From Carcharhinus amblyrhynchos (Eukaryota), in NCBI GenBank assembly GCA_965287045.1, contig OZ336887.1, positions 32,984,001 through 33,048,000 of the forward strand: a stretch of 64,000 nt of DNA. The letters are read 5' to 3'. A program made the translations under genes and the position numbers. Below the pieces are notes generated by a model, which searched no databases, had not been told where the DNA came from, and saw nothing but the letters and a program-made list of their open reading frames with translations. Numbering within the stretch: position 1 is the first letter of the stretch; each line of letters starts with the position of its first letter. Positions 35,785 to 50,394 of this stretch are shown here, in pieces.

Positions 35785-38700
35785 CTCTAGTGCCTGGTTT
35801 GATATTTTTGGCCCTGCTAACCAGTGGCACAGATTTTGGTGATTAGTGTATTTGTACCCCAAGATCTCTTGTCTCTCAACACCACCTAAATTTGCACCTT
35901 TCGAGTAAGAATGACCTTCCTATTCTTGCCACTTAAACCAATGCATTTAGCTTTTGAAGTTAAGTTGCCAATTATTTGCCCATTCTACAAATGTTTATTA
36001 ATGTCTTCATGTGACTTATTGCAATCCTCCTCAGTCCCTCAATTTGGTGGTGTTATCTGTAAATTTACAACTTGTGCTTTTGATTCAAAGTTTAAGTCGT
36101 TATTGTAAGCTGTGATCAGCAGTGACCCTGTCACTGATTTTAGTGGAATATACGAATTAGGAGCAGAAGTAGGCCATTTGGCCCTCAAACCTGCTCCACA
36201 TTCCACTTAGTACTTTAAACAGATAACTACACTTTACTCCCACTCTGTTTTCTATCTTGAAGCCAGCTAGAAATCCATTCTTTCACTTGGCCTCTGACTC
36301 CACATCTCTGACCTAATTCACTTGTCTATTATGGGGTGTCTTATGAATGCCTTTTGAAATCTTTCAGCTACTCTATTAGCTCCTCAAAGAAATAAGATGG
36401 CTCAAGCAAAATTTCACTTTTGAAATCTATGCTGTTAGTTATTATATTTCACATTTTCTAGATGTTACTCTAATTTCCTCCCTTTCACTGCCACCATCTC
36501 AAAGGCAATAAGGGATGGGATACAAATGCTGGCCTAGCCAGTGATGCCCTCATCTTGTGAAATAAATTTCAAAAAAAAGAAAGGATTCTCCCTCCCTCCC
36601 TCCGTCCCCACCTCACCACCCTGGCCACTGCTGCCTAAATATGGGAATTATATTAGTTATAGCCCCTACACCCTTTTCTGATTTTTTTAAAATATGTGTA
36701 GGCATGCGTCTGCGATCTCTTCCACATGTTAATTCTTCTGATCTGTCTGCTCCTATGCCCGTTTGCTTGAGGCACCGAGAATCCAGAAATTATTATCCTT
36801 CAAGTCTTGCTTTTTAATTCAGAGCTTAATTTCTAATCCACAGTTCTTACCTACGTGCCCCATAACATCTAGATTTACCCCTCCCTTACCAAGTGTCTCT
36901 CCAGCCATCATGAGTTATCCCGTATCATGATATTGGATAAACAACGCATGCAGATTGAGGATTGAAATTGCTTTATGCAACTATCTGGGCACTTGGATTG
37001 TGTAATCAGTCCTGTGCACAGCCAACTCTTGATGTTTGCTTTGTATGCAGTGGGAGATTTGGGACTTGTTGCTTGATGCTTAAAAAACAGTCTTTAGTTG
37101 CATACAGCTTTTTTTACATTCTGTGGTACACATATTGTTCACTGGTTGTTTTTAGTACCCTTAGCGAGTGCTTTGCAAGCCCTTACCCCACTTTGTTGAT
37201 GTGCGTTGCTGGAAGTGTGCTGCGGGCAGGAGGGGGCGATGTATTGAGCTGCAGGTTTAACTTGGAAAGGTTGACAGAGTTTTGTTCTGCACTACACTTT
37301 CTTTCAGGTAGACTGTGCAAAAAAATCAACAGAAAATTGCCTGTGTGGATGAAGGGCTTTCCTTGGGCAAACTAGGAACCCAGCTGAAACTGGATTGTGT
37401 CTTTTCCTGAAGTACTGTGCTCTAGTTAGGATAGGTCTTTGAGTGCTATGTGTAAGTGAAGATTGTCCACCTTTGTGGGCCTCTGGTTAAGGGATGTGAG
37501 TTGGCGAATGGCGTGGTTTTGATAACTTGGTGTTAAACATTAAATGGAGTCAACATGGGCTGCATGCTGTCTTGCTGTGGGAAACATTAAAAGATTGTAG
37601 ATTACTCAATTAATAGAGTGCATTTTCAACTTGTGCAAATTGTACCTTTTGACACACTTGCAAACTTGATCCCATCTAACAATAGATAGCATTCCAAAGT
37701 CCGTCTGGCCTTTCTCCTTTTTAAAAAAAGTGTTCCACGTGTGGGTCGATAAAGTAATCGAAACATGGGCTTTGTTTAAAGCATAAAGTTCGTGGGATTC
37801 AGCTTGTAAATAGGTGTGACACAGAGCTAATAGAATTCAAAATGCAAATTAAAAATAGTGTGTAAAGGCTGAAGAATTGCATGGAGGGGCAGCAGATATT
37901 TCTGCTTTCAATTTGTTTGATTAGTGAGTCAGTTAGATCTGGTGCTCAGTAAAGCAAAGTTCCCTGTACTTTGTGCCACTAATGTGCTGTCGCCTCTGCC
38001 TCTTAGGAGTGCCAGTTTAAGACATCATTGAGCTTTTATTTTTCACTTCTCACTCCACCCATTATGTGGTATTTGAGTGAGACTGCAAGCTGTTGATGGA
38101 AAAGAGAATAAAGGAATATGGAAATAGTGGGTAAATGAGATTAGGATATAATTTGTGGGGAGAGTAGACATTGACACACATGGTTGGGCCCAGCAGCCTG
38201 TACCCCTGCTTTAATTTTGTGTATTTTTGTTGGCAAGTATGAGGTAGTCTTGAACCTTGGGCCCATGCCCAGTTGGAGCTAGAGTGAGTCTCTGGGGAAG
38301 AGTGCTGTTTGATCACATGGTGCAGCAGTTGGCTTGGAGAGGCTGCTGATCATTCCACAAAGCTGCCCAGGAGATACTTAGCAGATAGTTATTAGAAGCC
38401 CAAGAGGCACGGATTTCTTTGTCACTTGTTTCCAGGTTTCCTGAGGTTGGGCAAACTGAGTTCTGGTCTCGCTGCAAATCAACTTGTGGGATGTGTAGGA
38501 CCATGAGATAGCAAAAGGATTATGTCATTGATATGTTTTCAAATCTGCTTTTAATTGCTGCATCCAGTTTGGTCAGGCAAACAAAATTGCCTTACCTTGG
38601 TTTGAGTTAATGAGGAGGTTCTTGCACCAGGGAATGTGCCTAAACCTGATGGTGTCAGATTCCGATTGATGCTGCTAATCCATTGTGTTAAATGGGATTG

Positions 38701-38792
38701 GTTTGTAACTTTGTGTTTGCAGCAGTTAGAGTTTTGTATGTACATGGCCTTCTGTGTACCAAAAAACTCCAAATCACCACATGGCTTTCATA

Positions 38793-39117
38793 TAATCACA
38801 GAATGCCTACAGTACAGAAGGAAGCCATTTAGCCCATTGAATTTGCATTGATTCAACACCAGAGCATCCAACTTAGACCCTATCCTCATAACCCCACGTA
38901 TTTACTCCGCTAATCCCCCTCCCCTACAATAAAGGGGTGATTTAGCATGGGCAATCAACCTAACCTGCACATTTTGACTGTGGGAGGAAACCAGAGCACC
39001 TGGAGGAAACACACGTCGCCACTGGGAGAATGTGCAAACTCCACACATTCACCCAGGGCTGGAATTGAACCTGAGTCCCTGGTGCTGTGAGGCAGCAGCG
39101 CTAACCACTGTGCCACC
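38793..39117 (-). mobile_element. HE1/V-SINE-like SINE, tail type 1
   Basis: tacagtacagaaggaagccatt...ggcagcagcgctaaccactgtgccacc. Confidence 0.85.
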
Positions 39118-40385
39118 TTACCACCCAAAGACATTGTTGTAGGTGATGTGAAACAGAAGATGGTGGGATTTGAGAAAAAGAGAAGCCAGCTGGGAAAATG
39201 TAGACACCAACTTTCTTGATTTTTTTTTAATTACTAATCCTGTTTGCAGAGCATTTCTTGAAATATAGGAAATTTGTGATGCACAGATTTGATTCCTACT
39301 GCCCCACCCACCATGGAATTGGAGCAAGCGAGGGGCGAACAACAGAAATGTCAGTTCTTATTCTATCACTGCTCCCCTCTGCTGGCTTCCCCTGCTTGAG
39401 CCCCTTTTTCTTGTTCATCCATTCATCTCTTTTTCCCCTCCCTGTTGAAGCTTGATGGTGCTCCTGCTGACCTAGTCATTCTTTAGGTCCCATTTTTCTT
39501 ATTTCAGGCAGTTCTCCTGTCCACGCTGTTCTTCCTGCAGTTACCTGTGCTGTGTCTGTGTTAACTTTGGAGCTGATCTCTCCCATTTCCAGTTATGTCA
39601 TTCTCTGTGACCATGCTGTGCCCTCTTGCATCATCATATGGCATGCAGATATGCATCACGAAATCAAAATTTAAAAAAAATTCAAGTGGCACAAGTTGCA
39701 TTCTACTTGAAACTGGGAATCGGATAAAGCATAGCTATTGTCCTAACATAATAGCCGAGTTTTGCCTGTTTGCACGATTGTGTTCTATAACACCACTAAA
39801 TAATCCACTGTAAGCAAATGTATTCCCTTTCAGCTCTTATTTTTGAGTTTTGCATTTCTGAAAGTAATAAAAAAAAGCTTTAACGTAATGATTCATGGTG
39901 TGTCCTAAAGCAAAGGAACTGCATGGTAATCAAGCAGAGGATGACAGTGCACAGATGGGGTGATCACTGGAGTCTTGAGGTCAAGTCGGACTATATAGTG
40001 TGCAAGGTCATTGCTGTGTGGTCCACTGTCAGATGAATAACATTCAACATACAGAAACCTGACGTGTTTAACAATGAGAATGGGGGTCATTTGTGCATAA
40101 AGACACAGAGTACAAAAGCCATAGTGTTGTGCTAAACCTGTTTCAAAACACTAGTTTAGCTCTGGAGTATTGTGCCAATTCTGGATGCTACACTTTAAGA
40201 AGGAGAGAGTAGCTTGAAGGCTTTTGTAAGGTTTCAGAAGAGATATAGGTGAATAAGAGATTCGACAGAGGATGTTTAAAATCATAACAAGATTTATATC
40301 AAGAGTAAGTAAAAGAAATTTGTTTCCTTTGGCTGAAGTGTCGATAACGAGAGGACATATTAAGGTGATTGACAAAAGAACCAGA

Positions 40386-42207
40386 CAGAGTGAAGGAAAA
40401 TCCAAAGAGTTTCTATAGGTACATTAGGAGCAAAAGGATAGCGAGGGATAAAATTGGTTCTCTTGAAGACCAGAGTGGTAGACTATGTTTGGAACCAAAA
40501 GAGATAGGGAAGCTACTAAATGGGTTTTTTTTTGCATCCATATTTACTGAGGAAACGGGCATGGAGTGTACAGAAATAGAGCAAACAGTTAGGGAGGTCA
40601 CAGAACCTTTACAGATTAAAGAGGAGGTGGTGCTGGCTGTCCTGAGGCAAATCAGAGTCGATAAAACCGCAGGACCGGACAGGGTATTCCCACAGACCTC
40701 GAGGGAGGCTAGTAGTGAACTTGCAGGGGCCCTCTGGCAGACATATTTAAAATATCAGTATGCACAGGGGAGGTGCTGGATGATTGGAGGGTGGCTCATG
40801 TTGTTCCGTTGTTTAAAAAAGTTGCAAAAAAAATCCAGGAAATCATAGGCCAGTAAATTTGACGCCGGTGGTGGGCAAGTTATTGGAAGGTGTGATGAGG
40901 GATAGGGTCTACAAATATTTGGATAGACAGGGACTTATTAGAGAGAGCTTTGGCTTTGTGCGTGGTAGGTCATGTTTGACCAATCTATTAGAGTTTTTCG
41001 AGGAGGTTATCAGGAAAGTGGATGAAGGGAAGGCGGTGGATGCTGTCTACCTGGATTTTAGTAAGGCCTTTGACAAGGTCCTTCATGGGAGGTTAGTTAG
41101 GAAGGTTCAGTCGCTAGGTATACACGGGGAGGTAGTAAATTGGATTAGACACTGGCTCAATGGAAGAAGCCAGAGAGTGGTTGTGGAGGATTGCTTCTCT
41201 GAGTGGAGGCCTGTGACTAGTGGTGTGCCCCAGGGATCGGTGTTGGGTCCATTGTTGTTTGTCATCTATATCAATGATCTGGATGATAATGTGGTAAACT
41301 GGATCAGCAAATTTGCTGATGATACAAAGATTGGAGGTGTAGTGGACAGTGAGGAAGGTTTTCAAAGCTTGCAGAGGGATTTGGACCAACTAGAAACATG
41401 GGCTGAAAAATGACAAATGGAATTTAACATAGACAAATGTGAGGTATTGCACTTTGGAAGGACAAACCAAAGTAGAACATACAGGCTAAATGGTAGGACT
41501 CTGAAGAGTGCAGTTGAACAGAGGGATCTAGGAATACAGGTACAGAATTCCCTAAAACTGACGTCACAGGTGGATAGGGTCGTAAAGAGTGCTTTTGGTA
41601 CATTGGCCTTTATAAATCGGAGTATCGAGTATAAAAGTTGGAGTGTTGTGGTAAGGTTATATAAGGCATTGGTGAGGCCAAATTTAGAGTATTGTGTACA
41701 GTTTTGGTCACCAAGTTACAGGAAGGATGTAAATAAGGTTGAAAGTGTGCAGAGAAGGTTCACAAGGATTTTGCTGGGACTTGAGAAGCTGAGTTACAGA
41801 GAGAGATTGAATAGGTTAGGTCTTTATTCCCTGGAGTGTAGAAGAATGAGAGGAGATTTGATAGAGGTGTATAAGATTTTGATGGGTATAGATGGAGTGA
41901 CTGCAAGCAGGTTTTTTTCCACTGAGGCTAGGTGAGGAAAAAAAAACCAGAGGGCATGGGTTGAGGGTGAAATGAGAAAAGTTTAAAGGGAATATTAGGG
42001 GGGGGCTTCTTCACGCAGAGTGTAGTGGGAATGTGGAATGAGCTGCTGGATAAAGTGGTACATGCAGGGGCACTTTTAGGAAAAACTTGGATGGGTACAT
42101 GTGTGGTGGGATATGGTCCTAGTGCAGGTCAGTGGGACTAGGCAAAAAATGGTTTGGCACAGACAAGAAGGGCCCAAAGGCCTGTTTCTTAGCTGTAATT
42201 TTCTATG
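40386..42207 (+). mobile_element. Young 5'-truncated CR1-A LINE (ORF2 RT) nested in an older CR1 (~40080-40385 and 42208-42450)
   Basis: ORFs 40859-41413 and 41417-41935 contain [32 protein letters not shown] and LEYCVQFWSP. The copy ends in ttctatg. Confidence 0.95.
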
Positions 42208-43179
42208 GGTGACATGAGGGAAAACCTTCACACAACTGGTGGTTAGAATTTGAAATGCACTGCCTGGAAGAGTGGTGGATACAAAATCAATAGGAGCCAT
42301 CTAATGGGAAATAAATATCTGAAGGAGGAAAAATTACAAGGATGTGGGAAAAGATCAGGAGAATGGATCTAACTGGATTGTTCATTGAAAGAGATGATGC
42401 AAACTAGATAAGCTGAACAACCTACCTCTGTGAAGTTCATTCTATGAAGTGCATTACCTTGAAAAGGGAGGTGGGAGTTTTATCCTTTTGGTTGACCCTT
42501 TTGTATGATGAAATATTGATTGAATTAAGGCTTGGATCAAGGAGATGGCTGACCCTATAGATACTCTGGGTTTCACTATTGCTGCTATGCTAAAACTTGA
42601 TTCAATCAATCTGTAATTGCTTAGATGGGCTAGTTTAAAAATAAAAAATGGTTTCTCAAATGGATTCAGTTTCTCAATTGAAAGATCCAAACTTGTAAAA
42701 TGATGCAACCTTGTCTTAGTTTTACACAAGAGCATGATGAAAACAAAACTTGTTTTGAGTAAACAATTTGTGCAGACTCTTTTTTTGGTTTGCTTAGCAG
42801 TGCAGGAGCTGAAGTGTTGGTGTGTTTTCCATGCAGAGAAGCTGCTGTGCTGAGGGATTATCACATTTCATTAATGACTTTTTGATAGAATTGGAATTGT
42901 TAACTAGTGCTATCTAATTCTAGGGACAAAGTATTTAAGCATTGTCAGACTAAAAGTTCATAAACGTTTAACAGTTATTGCATTTGCTAAGAAAAACTGG
43001 TGATTGCAATTTTGGAACTGGGGGATCTAGTGTCTGAGGAAAGGGTATAGTTGATTTCTTCCAAGCACTGAGATGAGGAGGGATAGCTGTTTACATTACT
43101 AAATGTAAATTTATTGCATTATAATGTTCAGATACCCTCTGTCCATTCCCAGATTTGATTGTACAGTGTTTGTGATATT

Positions 43180-43475
43180 TAGAATCATAGAATCCCTACA
43201 GTACAGAAGGAGGCCATTTGGCCCATTGAGTCTGTACTGACCACAATCCCATGCAGACCCTATTCCTGCAATCCCACACACTTACCCTGACAGATCAATT
43301 TAACATGGCCAATCAACCTAACCTGCACATCTTTGGACTGTGGGGAAAAACCGGAGCACCTGGAGGAAACCCACGCAGACACAAAGTGCAAACTCCACAC
43401 AGACAGTGACCTGAGGCTGGAATTGAACCTGGGTTCTTAGTGCTGAGAGGCAGTAGTGCTAACCACCTTGCTGCC
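43180..43475 (-). mobile_element. HE1/V-SINE-like SINE, tail type 1
   Basis: agaatcatagaatccctacagtacagaaggaggcc...ggcagtagtgctaaccac. Confidence 0.88.
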
Positions 43476-43529
43476 TCTTTGTCTTGTTTTGTTGAACGTT
43501 CAGATCCTTTTGAACAGTAAAAAGCAAGG

Positions 43530-44530
43530 CTAGGATACCGAGAGTACTTTGCGTCTATATTTATTAAGGAAGAGGATGCTGACAAAATATCAGTAGGAGC
43601 AAAGATAGTCAGAGGTTCTGAGTGGCGTAAAAATTGACAGGCATGTTGTCCTGGAAAGGCTGGCTACGCTTCTGTTGGATAAGCTGCCTGATCCAGATAA
43701 TTTGCATGCAAAAAGAAGTGAGTGTGGAAATATAAGGGCTTGCAATAATCATTCAGCCTTCCCTTGGCATGGGGAAGTGGCAGAGAATTGGAGAGTGGCA
43801 AATGTGACATCCTTTAATTAAGTAAAATTCTATTGGTATTGTAAAATCGTAATTACAGGCTAGTCACTTTAACACCAGTGGGTAAGCAAGATTTTAGAAA
43901 CAATTGGGGGTGGGGTGGGGGAGAATCAACAGGCACTTGAGAGAGGTTTGAGTTACTGAAGGTTAGCCAGCATGGACTTATTAAAGGCAAATCATGCTTG
44001 AATTTTCTGATGCAGAAGTATTGAATAGAAAAGCAGAAAAGTTATGTAACCCTACTTGTAAGCTCTGGTTAGGTCTTAACTAAAGTATTGCATCCAGCCC
44101 TGGTCACCACACTCTAATGAAGGAAGTAAGGATCCTTGAGAGGTGCGGAGGCAATTTATCAAATAGGGAATTTGAACTACCAGGTTAGGTTAGAGAAGAT
44201 GTGGTTGTTCTTGGAGCAAAGGAGATTGAGGGGGATATGATACAGGTGTACAAGATTATAGGGTTAAATAAGGTAGACATCAGAAAGTTATTCCATGAGC
44301 TGATAGTACGAGGGCTTAGAGACACAGATTTAAGGTTTTGGGCAAGAGATATGGGAAGAACTTTTATATACAGTGAATAGTAATATCTTGAAATTAGGCA
44401 GAATTTAAGGAAATAAATTTGCAGGCGTGTGGGAATAGAGGGGGGGGAAATGAGATTAACTGGGTTGCTGTATAGAGCCAGCCAGCATAGATTCTGGGCT
44501 GAATGTACTGCTGTGTTTAATGACTAGACC
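43530..44530 (+). mobile_element. Degenerate CR1 with internal deletions
   Basis: aattggagagtggcaaatgtgacatcc (DWR.ANVTP); ggcaaatcatgcttg; ggagattgagggggatatgatacagg. Confidence 0.7.
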
Positions 44531-45849
44531 ATTATAGAACCTCGTTTTAACCTCTCCGAAACTGTGTAATGCCTTTCCAGTAAGAGTTGATGGATAGTTT
44601 TGAGCATGGAAGCTAATTTCCAACTCTGCCTGTGATATTGGCTGGCACCTCTCTCTATCCCTGTGTGACGTGTAGTATGTTATGATGGTGAATGTGATTG
44701 AGTTAGCTGCCTTTTTGTTTGTCTTTATTGTTTTGTGTCAAACAGTCTTGATGTCACCAAGTGTACTGGTTTTACTGTGCTTACAATCTAAGCTGGACTG
44801 AAGATCACCATTCTATGCAATTTGGAATGTGCTTTTTTTCACAAATTGATGTTGAAAGAAGTGCCAGCTTGGTAAAATGCAGTAGAAGGTCATTAGCTGG
44901 CTTCATAAGTTTGAGATCCAGTAAAGCTACAACATAAATTCTCTCAACCCAAATTTAAAACAACTTGTGTTGAGCAGCGCAGTGCTTTTAAGATTTAGTT
45001 ATTGATTTTCAAAAGCAGAAGTAACTAACCCTGAAGTGTATCTTGACGGTATTTGAACAAAGAAATGCTTATGATGAAGTTTTTGTCAATTCTGCTTAAT
45101 TTTTCAGTGAAGCAGAATAATTGACTGTATCAGAATTGCAACTTTTAAAGCTGCAGAGCTAAGTTTATTTTTCACACCAGCTTCACACACAGGAGGATGC
45201 TATTCTGGTTGGCCATTTCATCCTTAATCCTGGATATGTGATTGAGCCAGATAGTACATTTTCCTGTGACTGACGTGTGGTCACTGGTTGTGAAATTTAA
45301 ATAAGTAGTTAACTAACCATTGTCATTCTGAAGTTGCAGTTAATGTATTTTAAAAGGGTCTTTGGAGGAAAAGAGGGCAATTGTTACTGAAATCTGCTAT
45401 CCTGTGATGCATGTAAGCATTTCTGCCATGCTTTTACATAACTATAATTTGTCCTGGCCTGTGAAATTTCATTGAATCCAAGGATAAATTAGTTATCAGC
45501 AATTGTAATGCACCAACAACTTGCGAGCAGCACCTTCAATCTCAGTCTACCTCAGTAGACGTACAAATTTAGTTTAATTCTTGCACTTCGTTATGGAGTT
45601 GTTTCCACGTTTATCTTAAAATGAAAGTTTTTAAATTAAATACTTAAGCAGCTGCTGAAGGGAAGGATGATAATATTTTATGCTGTCAAATAAAATTGCG
45701 TATCACAAACTTATTGGATTTAGAGATTACAGGGCTACACGTATTTCTCATGGGACGCTTCAGATTCACAAAGACACCCTTTAACATCCAAGTTATGGGA
45801 GGACAGTACATCAGGCATGAACGAAATGCTTTTGTTTGTATACATTCTT

Positions 45850-47050
45850 CGAACATGTGCATTCTGGCAAGATCTGCATTTATTACTGATCGCTAAAAGC
45901 CTTTGAGAAAGTAGTAGTGAACCTATTTGTCCAATTCAATTTCTGGTCAATAATGACTCCTGAGATGTTGATGGATAGGGTATTCAACAATAGTAATGCC
46001 ATTAAATGTCTTGGGGAGATATTTAGATGCACTCTTGTTTGAAATGATAATTATCTGACAATCATGTGGTGCAAATGTTATTTGCCACTTATCAGCCAAG
46101 CCTATATTTTGTTAAATTTTAGCTATATTCAGGCATGGACTGCTTTAGTATTCTTGAAGTTGTGAATGGAATTGAACACTCCAATCAGCGAACGTTCTTG
46201 CTTCCTAATGATGGAAGGAATGTCATTGATGAAGCAGCTAAAGTTGATTGAGGTTTACAACATTACTTGAGGAGCTCCTGCAGCAATGACCTGAGCTTCC
46301 AACAGCAGCAGCTGTTTTCTTTTGTGTAAGTATGACTCAAACCAGTGCAGAGTTTTCTTCCTGATTGTCAGTTTTGTTAGCAATACTTGATATCAAGTAT
46401 AGCCATTCTTGCCTCACCCCTGAAATTTGGCTCTTTTGTCCATGTTTGTTCAAAGCTGTAAGTTTGGTGCAGAAAGGCCCTGGCAGAACTTAAACAACGT
46501 ATGTCAGTTGATAAGATTTGAGAAAGTGCTATTTGGTAGCACTGTTGATGACATCTTCCATCTCTTTGAGAGTTGACTAATCAGATATTGATCAGATTGG
46601 TTTTGTTCTTTTTGCACACAACCTAGTAGCATTACCCAGGCCTTCTCCCCTACTCTCTCTCCATAAACCTACGCATTCCCCATGGCTAATCCACCTAGCC
46701 ACAGGGCCAATGTAGCATGGCCAGTCCACCTAACCTGCACATCTTTGGACTGAGAGGAAACCAGAACACCCGGAGGAAACTAATGCAGACATGGGGAGAA
46801 CAGTCCCCCAAGGTTGGAATTGAACCCGGGTCCCCTGGAACTGAGATGGCAGTGCTCACCACTGTGCTACCATGCCAACTATACCTGGACATTTTTCCAT
46901 ATTGTTGAATAGGCGGCAGTGTTGTTTCTGTGCCGGAACAGCTTGACTCAGGGGCAGCTAGTTCTTGAACTTAAGTCATCCTCAGTACTGGAATGTTTTT
47001 GTAGTCCATTGCCTTTGTGTTCAGTGCATTCACCAGTTTCTTGATATCAT
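45850..47050 (-). mobile_element. Degenerate CR1-B with a nested HE1-like SINE (~46625-46876, -)
   Basis: Antisense CR1-B motifs (ttgccacttatcagccaagcc; gtcattgatgaagcagctaaag) and a SINE head at ~46850-46876. Confidence 0.75.
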
Positions 47051-48459
47051 AAATGAAAAGTGGCATGAGGAGAAAGAGAGAGAGCATAGACCCAGTGAGA
47101 TTTGAGAAGTGGTGTAAAGATGATGTTAAAGGCTATGCATCCGAATACATACAGCATTCGTGACAAAATGGATGACTGTTAGCGCAGATAGAAATAAATA
47201 AATTCCTTGATAGAGAATCTTCCAAATTTCACTGGATTCTGAAAGGGATTGGAAAGTAGCAGCAGTTAGTTGCTAATAGAAAGTACATTTTTGGTAGACT
47301 GGGGAATTGAGTTCTGGGCTGCAGAGGAGAAAGTGGAGTTGAGCCTACAAGATCAACCATGATCTTATTGAATGGCAGAGCAGGCTAGAAAAGCTGAAAC
47401 ATCTACTCCTTCTCCTCAGTCCTAATATTCCTATGAAATGAGTTGGCTTAACATTGGTCTCTGATACTGGGACCTTGGGAGGCAGCCAAGATGCATTAGT
47501 ACTTCAGACTAAGATGATTACAAATTTCTCAGTCTTGTCTTTCACACCGACATGCTGGGCTTTCCTATCATTGAGAATAAGGATGTTTCTATAGCTTCTT
47601 CCTCTAGTTAGTTTGTCCATCACCATGCATGTTTGGATCAGCCCACTGTTTTAATTAACCACGTACTAGCCTGGCCCTCACCTCCTGTCCCATGTTCCGG
47701 CTTCATCAAATACTGTTTTCTGGTCATTCACTCAAGTGCTGTTAGTAAAATTTTGCAGTGTGCAAAATGGCTGCTGCATTTCCCTACAGACCAAAATTAA
47801 TTACACCCCAAAAGTAATTTGTTGGCTTTACTGCCCTTGGAGCATTCTAAAATGCCCAACAAGAGTGAACATCTTGAAAAGAGAGTGAGGAGGATGAAAC
47901 ATGCTTTCTGATCTGATATTTTAACTAACTGTTTTTTGTGGGTTGTGAATTCATCAGGGATTGTGAAGGCAGCAAACAGTTGAAGAGTTGAAGTGGAAAT
48001 GGAGCTGGTTAGTGGGTGGTTTGCAAGGATGGGGTTCAATGGTTAGATTTTTTGAGGAGAGAGTAGTGACAGCAAAATTGAAAGTGGGTGATAGTGAAGG
48101 AGTTGCAACTATTTACAGTGTCAGCTGCCTGTGATGAGGAAGGGAAGTTGGGTAATCAGTCAACTCCTGGAGTACAAGAAGAGAATCATATAGAACCCCG
48201 CAGACCGTATGACTTGTGTTGAATGTATACGTATCACAATTGTAATGAAGCACCTCCGAGTGCAACTTGATCTATGTACACAACATAAGTACCACTGCAC
48301 TTTTTGTAATCACTTTGTTGAAATGTCTATCCCTTTTTGACTGTGTTGAAGCACCTCAGAGTGCAGCATGATCTGTGTAGAAAACCTGAATATTATTGCA
48401 CTTACTGTGATCCCCATTTTTGTTTTTTTTTGTAATGTTCTTTCAGATACTTAATGAAT

Positions 48460-49230
48460 ATTGTGACAGTGTACCTTTTGAGTTTTTACATCATGTTTTC
48501 TTCAGCTCTGTGTTGCCAAGTTGTCTGTAGAAGTCCTTTTATTGCTACTAAAATGGGGTTAGTTTATTTTTACTCTGGGATTTTTTTATGACCCTGCATT
48601 GTTAGGAGGGAGGTCATACATTTTGGACAGTTTTAGTGAATTTAAGATTTCATTTTCTGTGTGGCTGGCAGCAGTGTTAGTTTAGAAGGGAAATCAAGTT
48701 GAAAAGAAGTGTTTCTCTCTCCCTGTTTTTTGGAAATTCTGTTGACCAGCTGAAAGTGAGGCTTCTTGTTTCCTGGGATAGAGAATCTGCTGTTGGTGGC
48801 TCAACCAGAGTCTGTCCCAAGTATTCTGGGAAGCTGTTCTGACTCCAACCCTGTCTGTGTGCCTCGAACTGCAGCATTCATCCAAAGGACTCAGTCCCAA
48901 TATCATGCAAGCATTAGTCGTGGCTGTATTAAACCTGTGGAAATAGTGTTTTTGTCAATGGGAAGTTTTATTTGATTGGAATGTTTTAGATATATTTATT
49001 AATATATTTATATTTATTATATCACTTTTTTTTGTAATTGGTAAAAGCTGTTACTAATTTTCTCTATACATGTTAATTGTATTCTTAAATAAACTTTGTT
49101 TGATAAAGGTTCTCTAGTGGGTCACTTGAATCATACCCAAAGTGAAACATATCATGCTTACTCTAGCCAAATGCAAAGTTCAAAACTTATGATCCAAACA
49201 GACTTCGCAAAACACTTTGGTATGATTCAG
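48460..49230 (+). mobile_element. Probable LTR remnant
   Basis: LTR-like layout with ttaaataaactttgtttgataaa at ~49085. A similar motif in reverse occurs at ~61750. Confidence 0.4.
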
Positions 49231-50394
49231 ATCAGAAACTCCAATGTAGTATATTTTTGCAAATAAAAGCCTCCTGAGCATAGATGATGCAGAACTAAGT
49301 GTTAGACATTCTTTGCACCTTTCAAAAAATTACTGTTTGCATAAAATCCTAAAATCAGAGGTTGTGAAAATGATCATGGCAAACCACTCACGCACAAATG
49401 GTTCTTCTTTTACATTCTGCCACTTTGTTATTTTGTCTCTCGTTTGTTATTATTAACTACTTTTGATTTTACAGCATTATTACAAGTTACTTCTGGTATT
49501 TTTGTTTGCGTCTTATTATTTATTTGAAGGGTGGGAGCAGGCGGGGTCACCACTTGGACGGTTCTGCACCAACTCAAATTCTGTAACTTCAAAAGATGAG
49601 TATTCTGGACCATGGACCATGCAATCCAGACCTGAGACCATATGTTGCATTTACTATTGCAATACTTTTTATATACTACTCATAGCCATATAGTTTTCAA
49701 GCTTTAGTGAGTCTTTTACGTTGGTAAACAAACAGCAGTGAACCAAGAATACACCCCTTGTTGGCCTGCAATTCCTCCCTTCAAAAGTGGTAGTTGGTCC
49801 AGAACAATATTTGGCCTTGCTGATTTCCCATCCAGAGGCATATCTAGTTTACCCTCATTTGTGTTTGAAGAGTCTTACCCACATTAAATTAACTAACTTC
49901 TCTAGCTATACGTCCCAGTTTGCGCTTGTCTTCAAAACGCTTTCAATCCACTTAAACTTGCTCCTTTTTCCTTTTTTTTTAAAAGTCTCCTTTTTAAAAA
50001 GAAACTGTTGTTTGATGCTTTTCATCTAATCTGCCTTGTACCTTCCTCTATATCGTCCTTTTCACTCTGATAAACTATTAGATCCTCGACATGAGTGGAG
50101 CTGTAGAAATGTTGCATGTACACTTGCTTTTATTAATTGAAACATTGCTCGTCAGTGGTACTGTAATTTAATTTAATCAAATCTGGTGGTGTGGGACCTT
50201 GCCTCCCTTGGTTTACATTGGCGGGAGTGGTAAATTACATAAAAGCAGTACAAAAGTAGGCTGACTTTGTTTTGGGCTGCTTTATCATAACTAAGTGACT
50301 TGAAACAAATTGAATTGCAGTGAATCCTTTTCTGAAGGCTGAGCTGATGGCCTGCCCCATCAATCAGAAAACTCTGTCCCTGTGTGTGTTTTTT

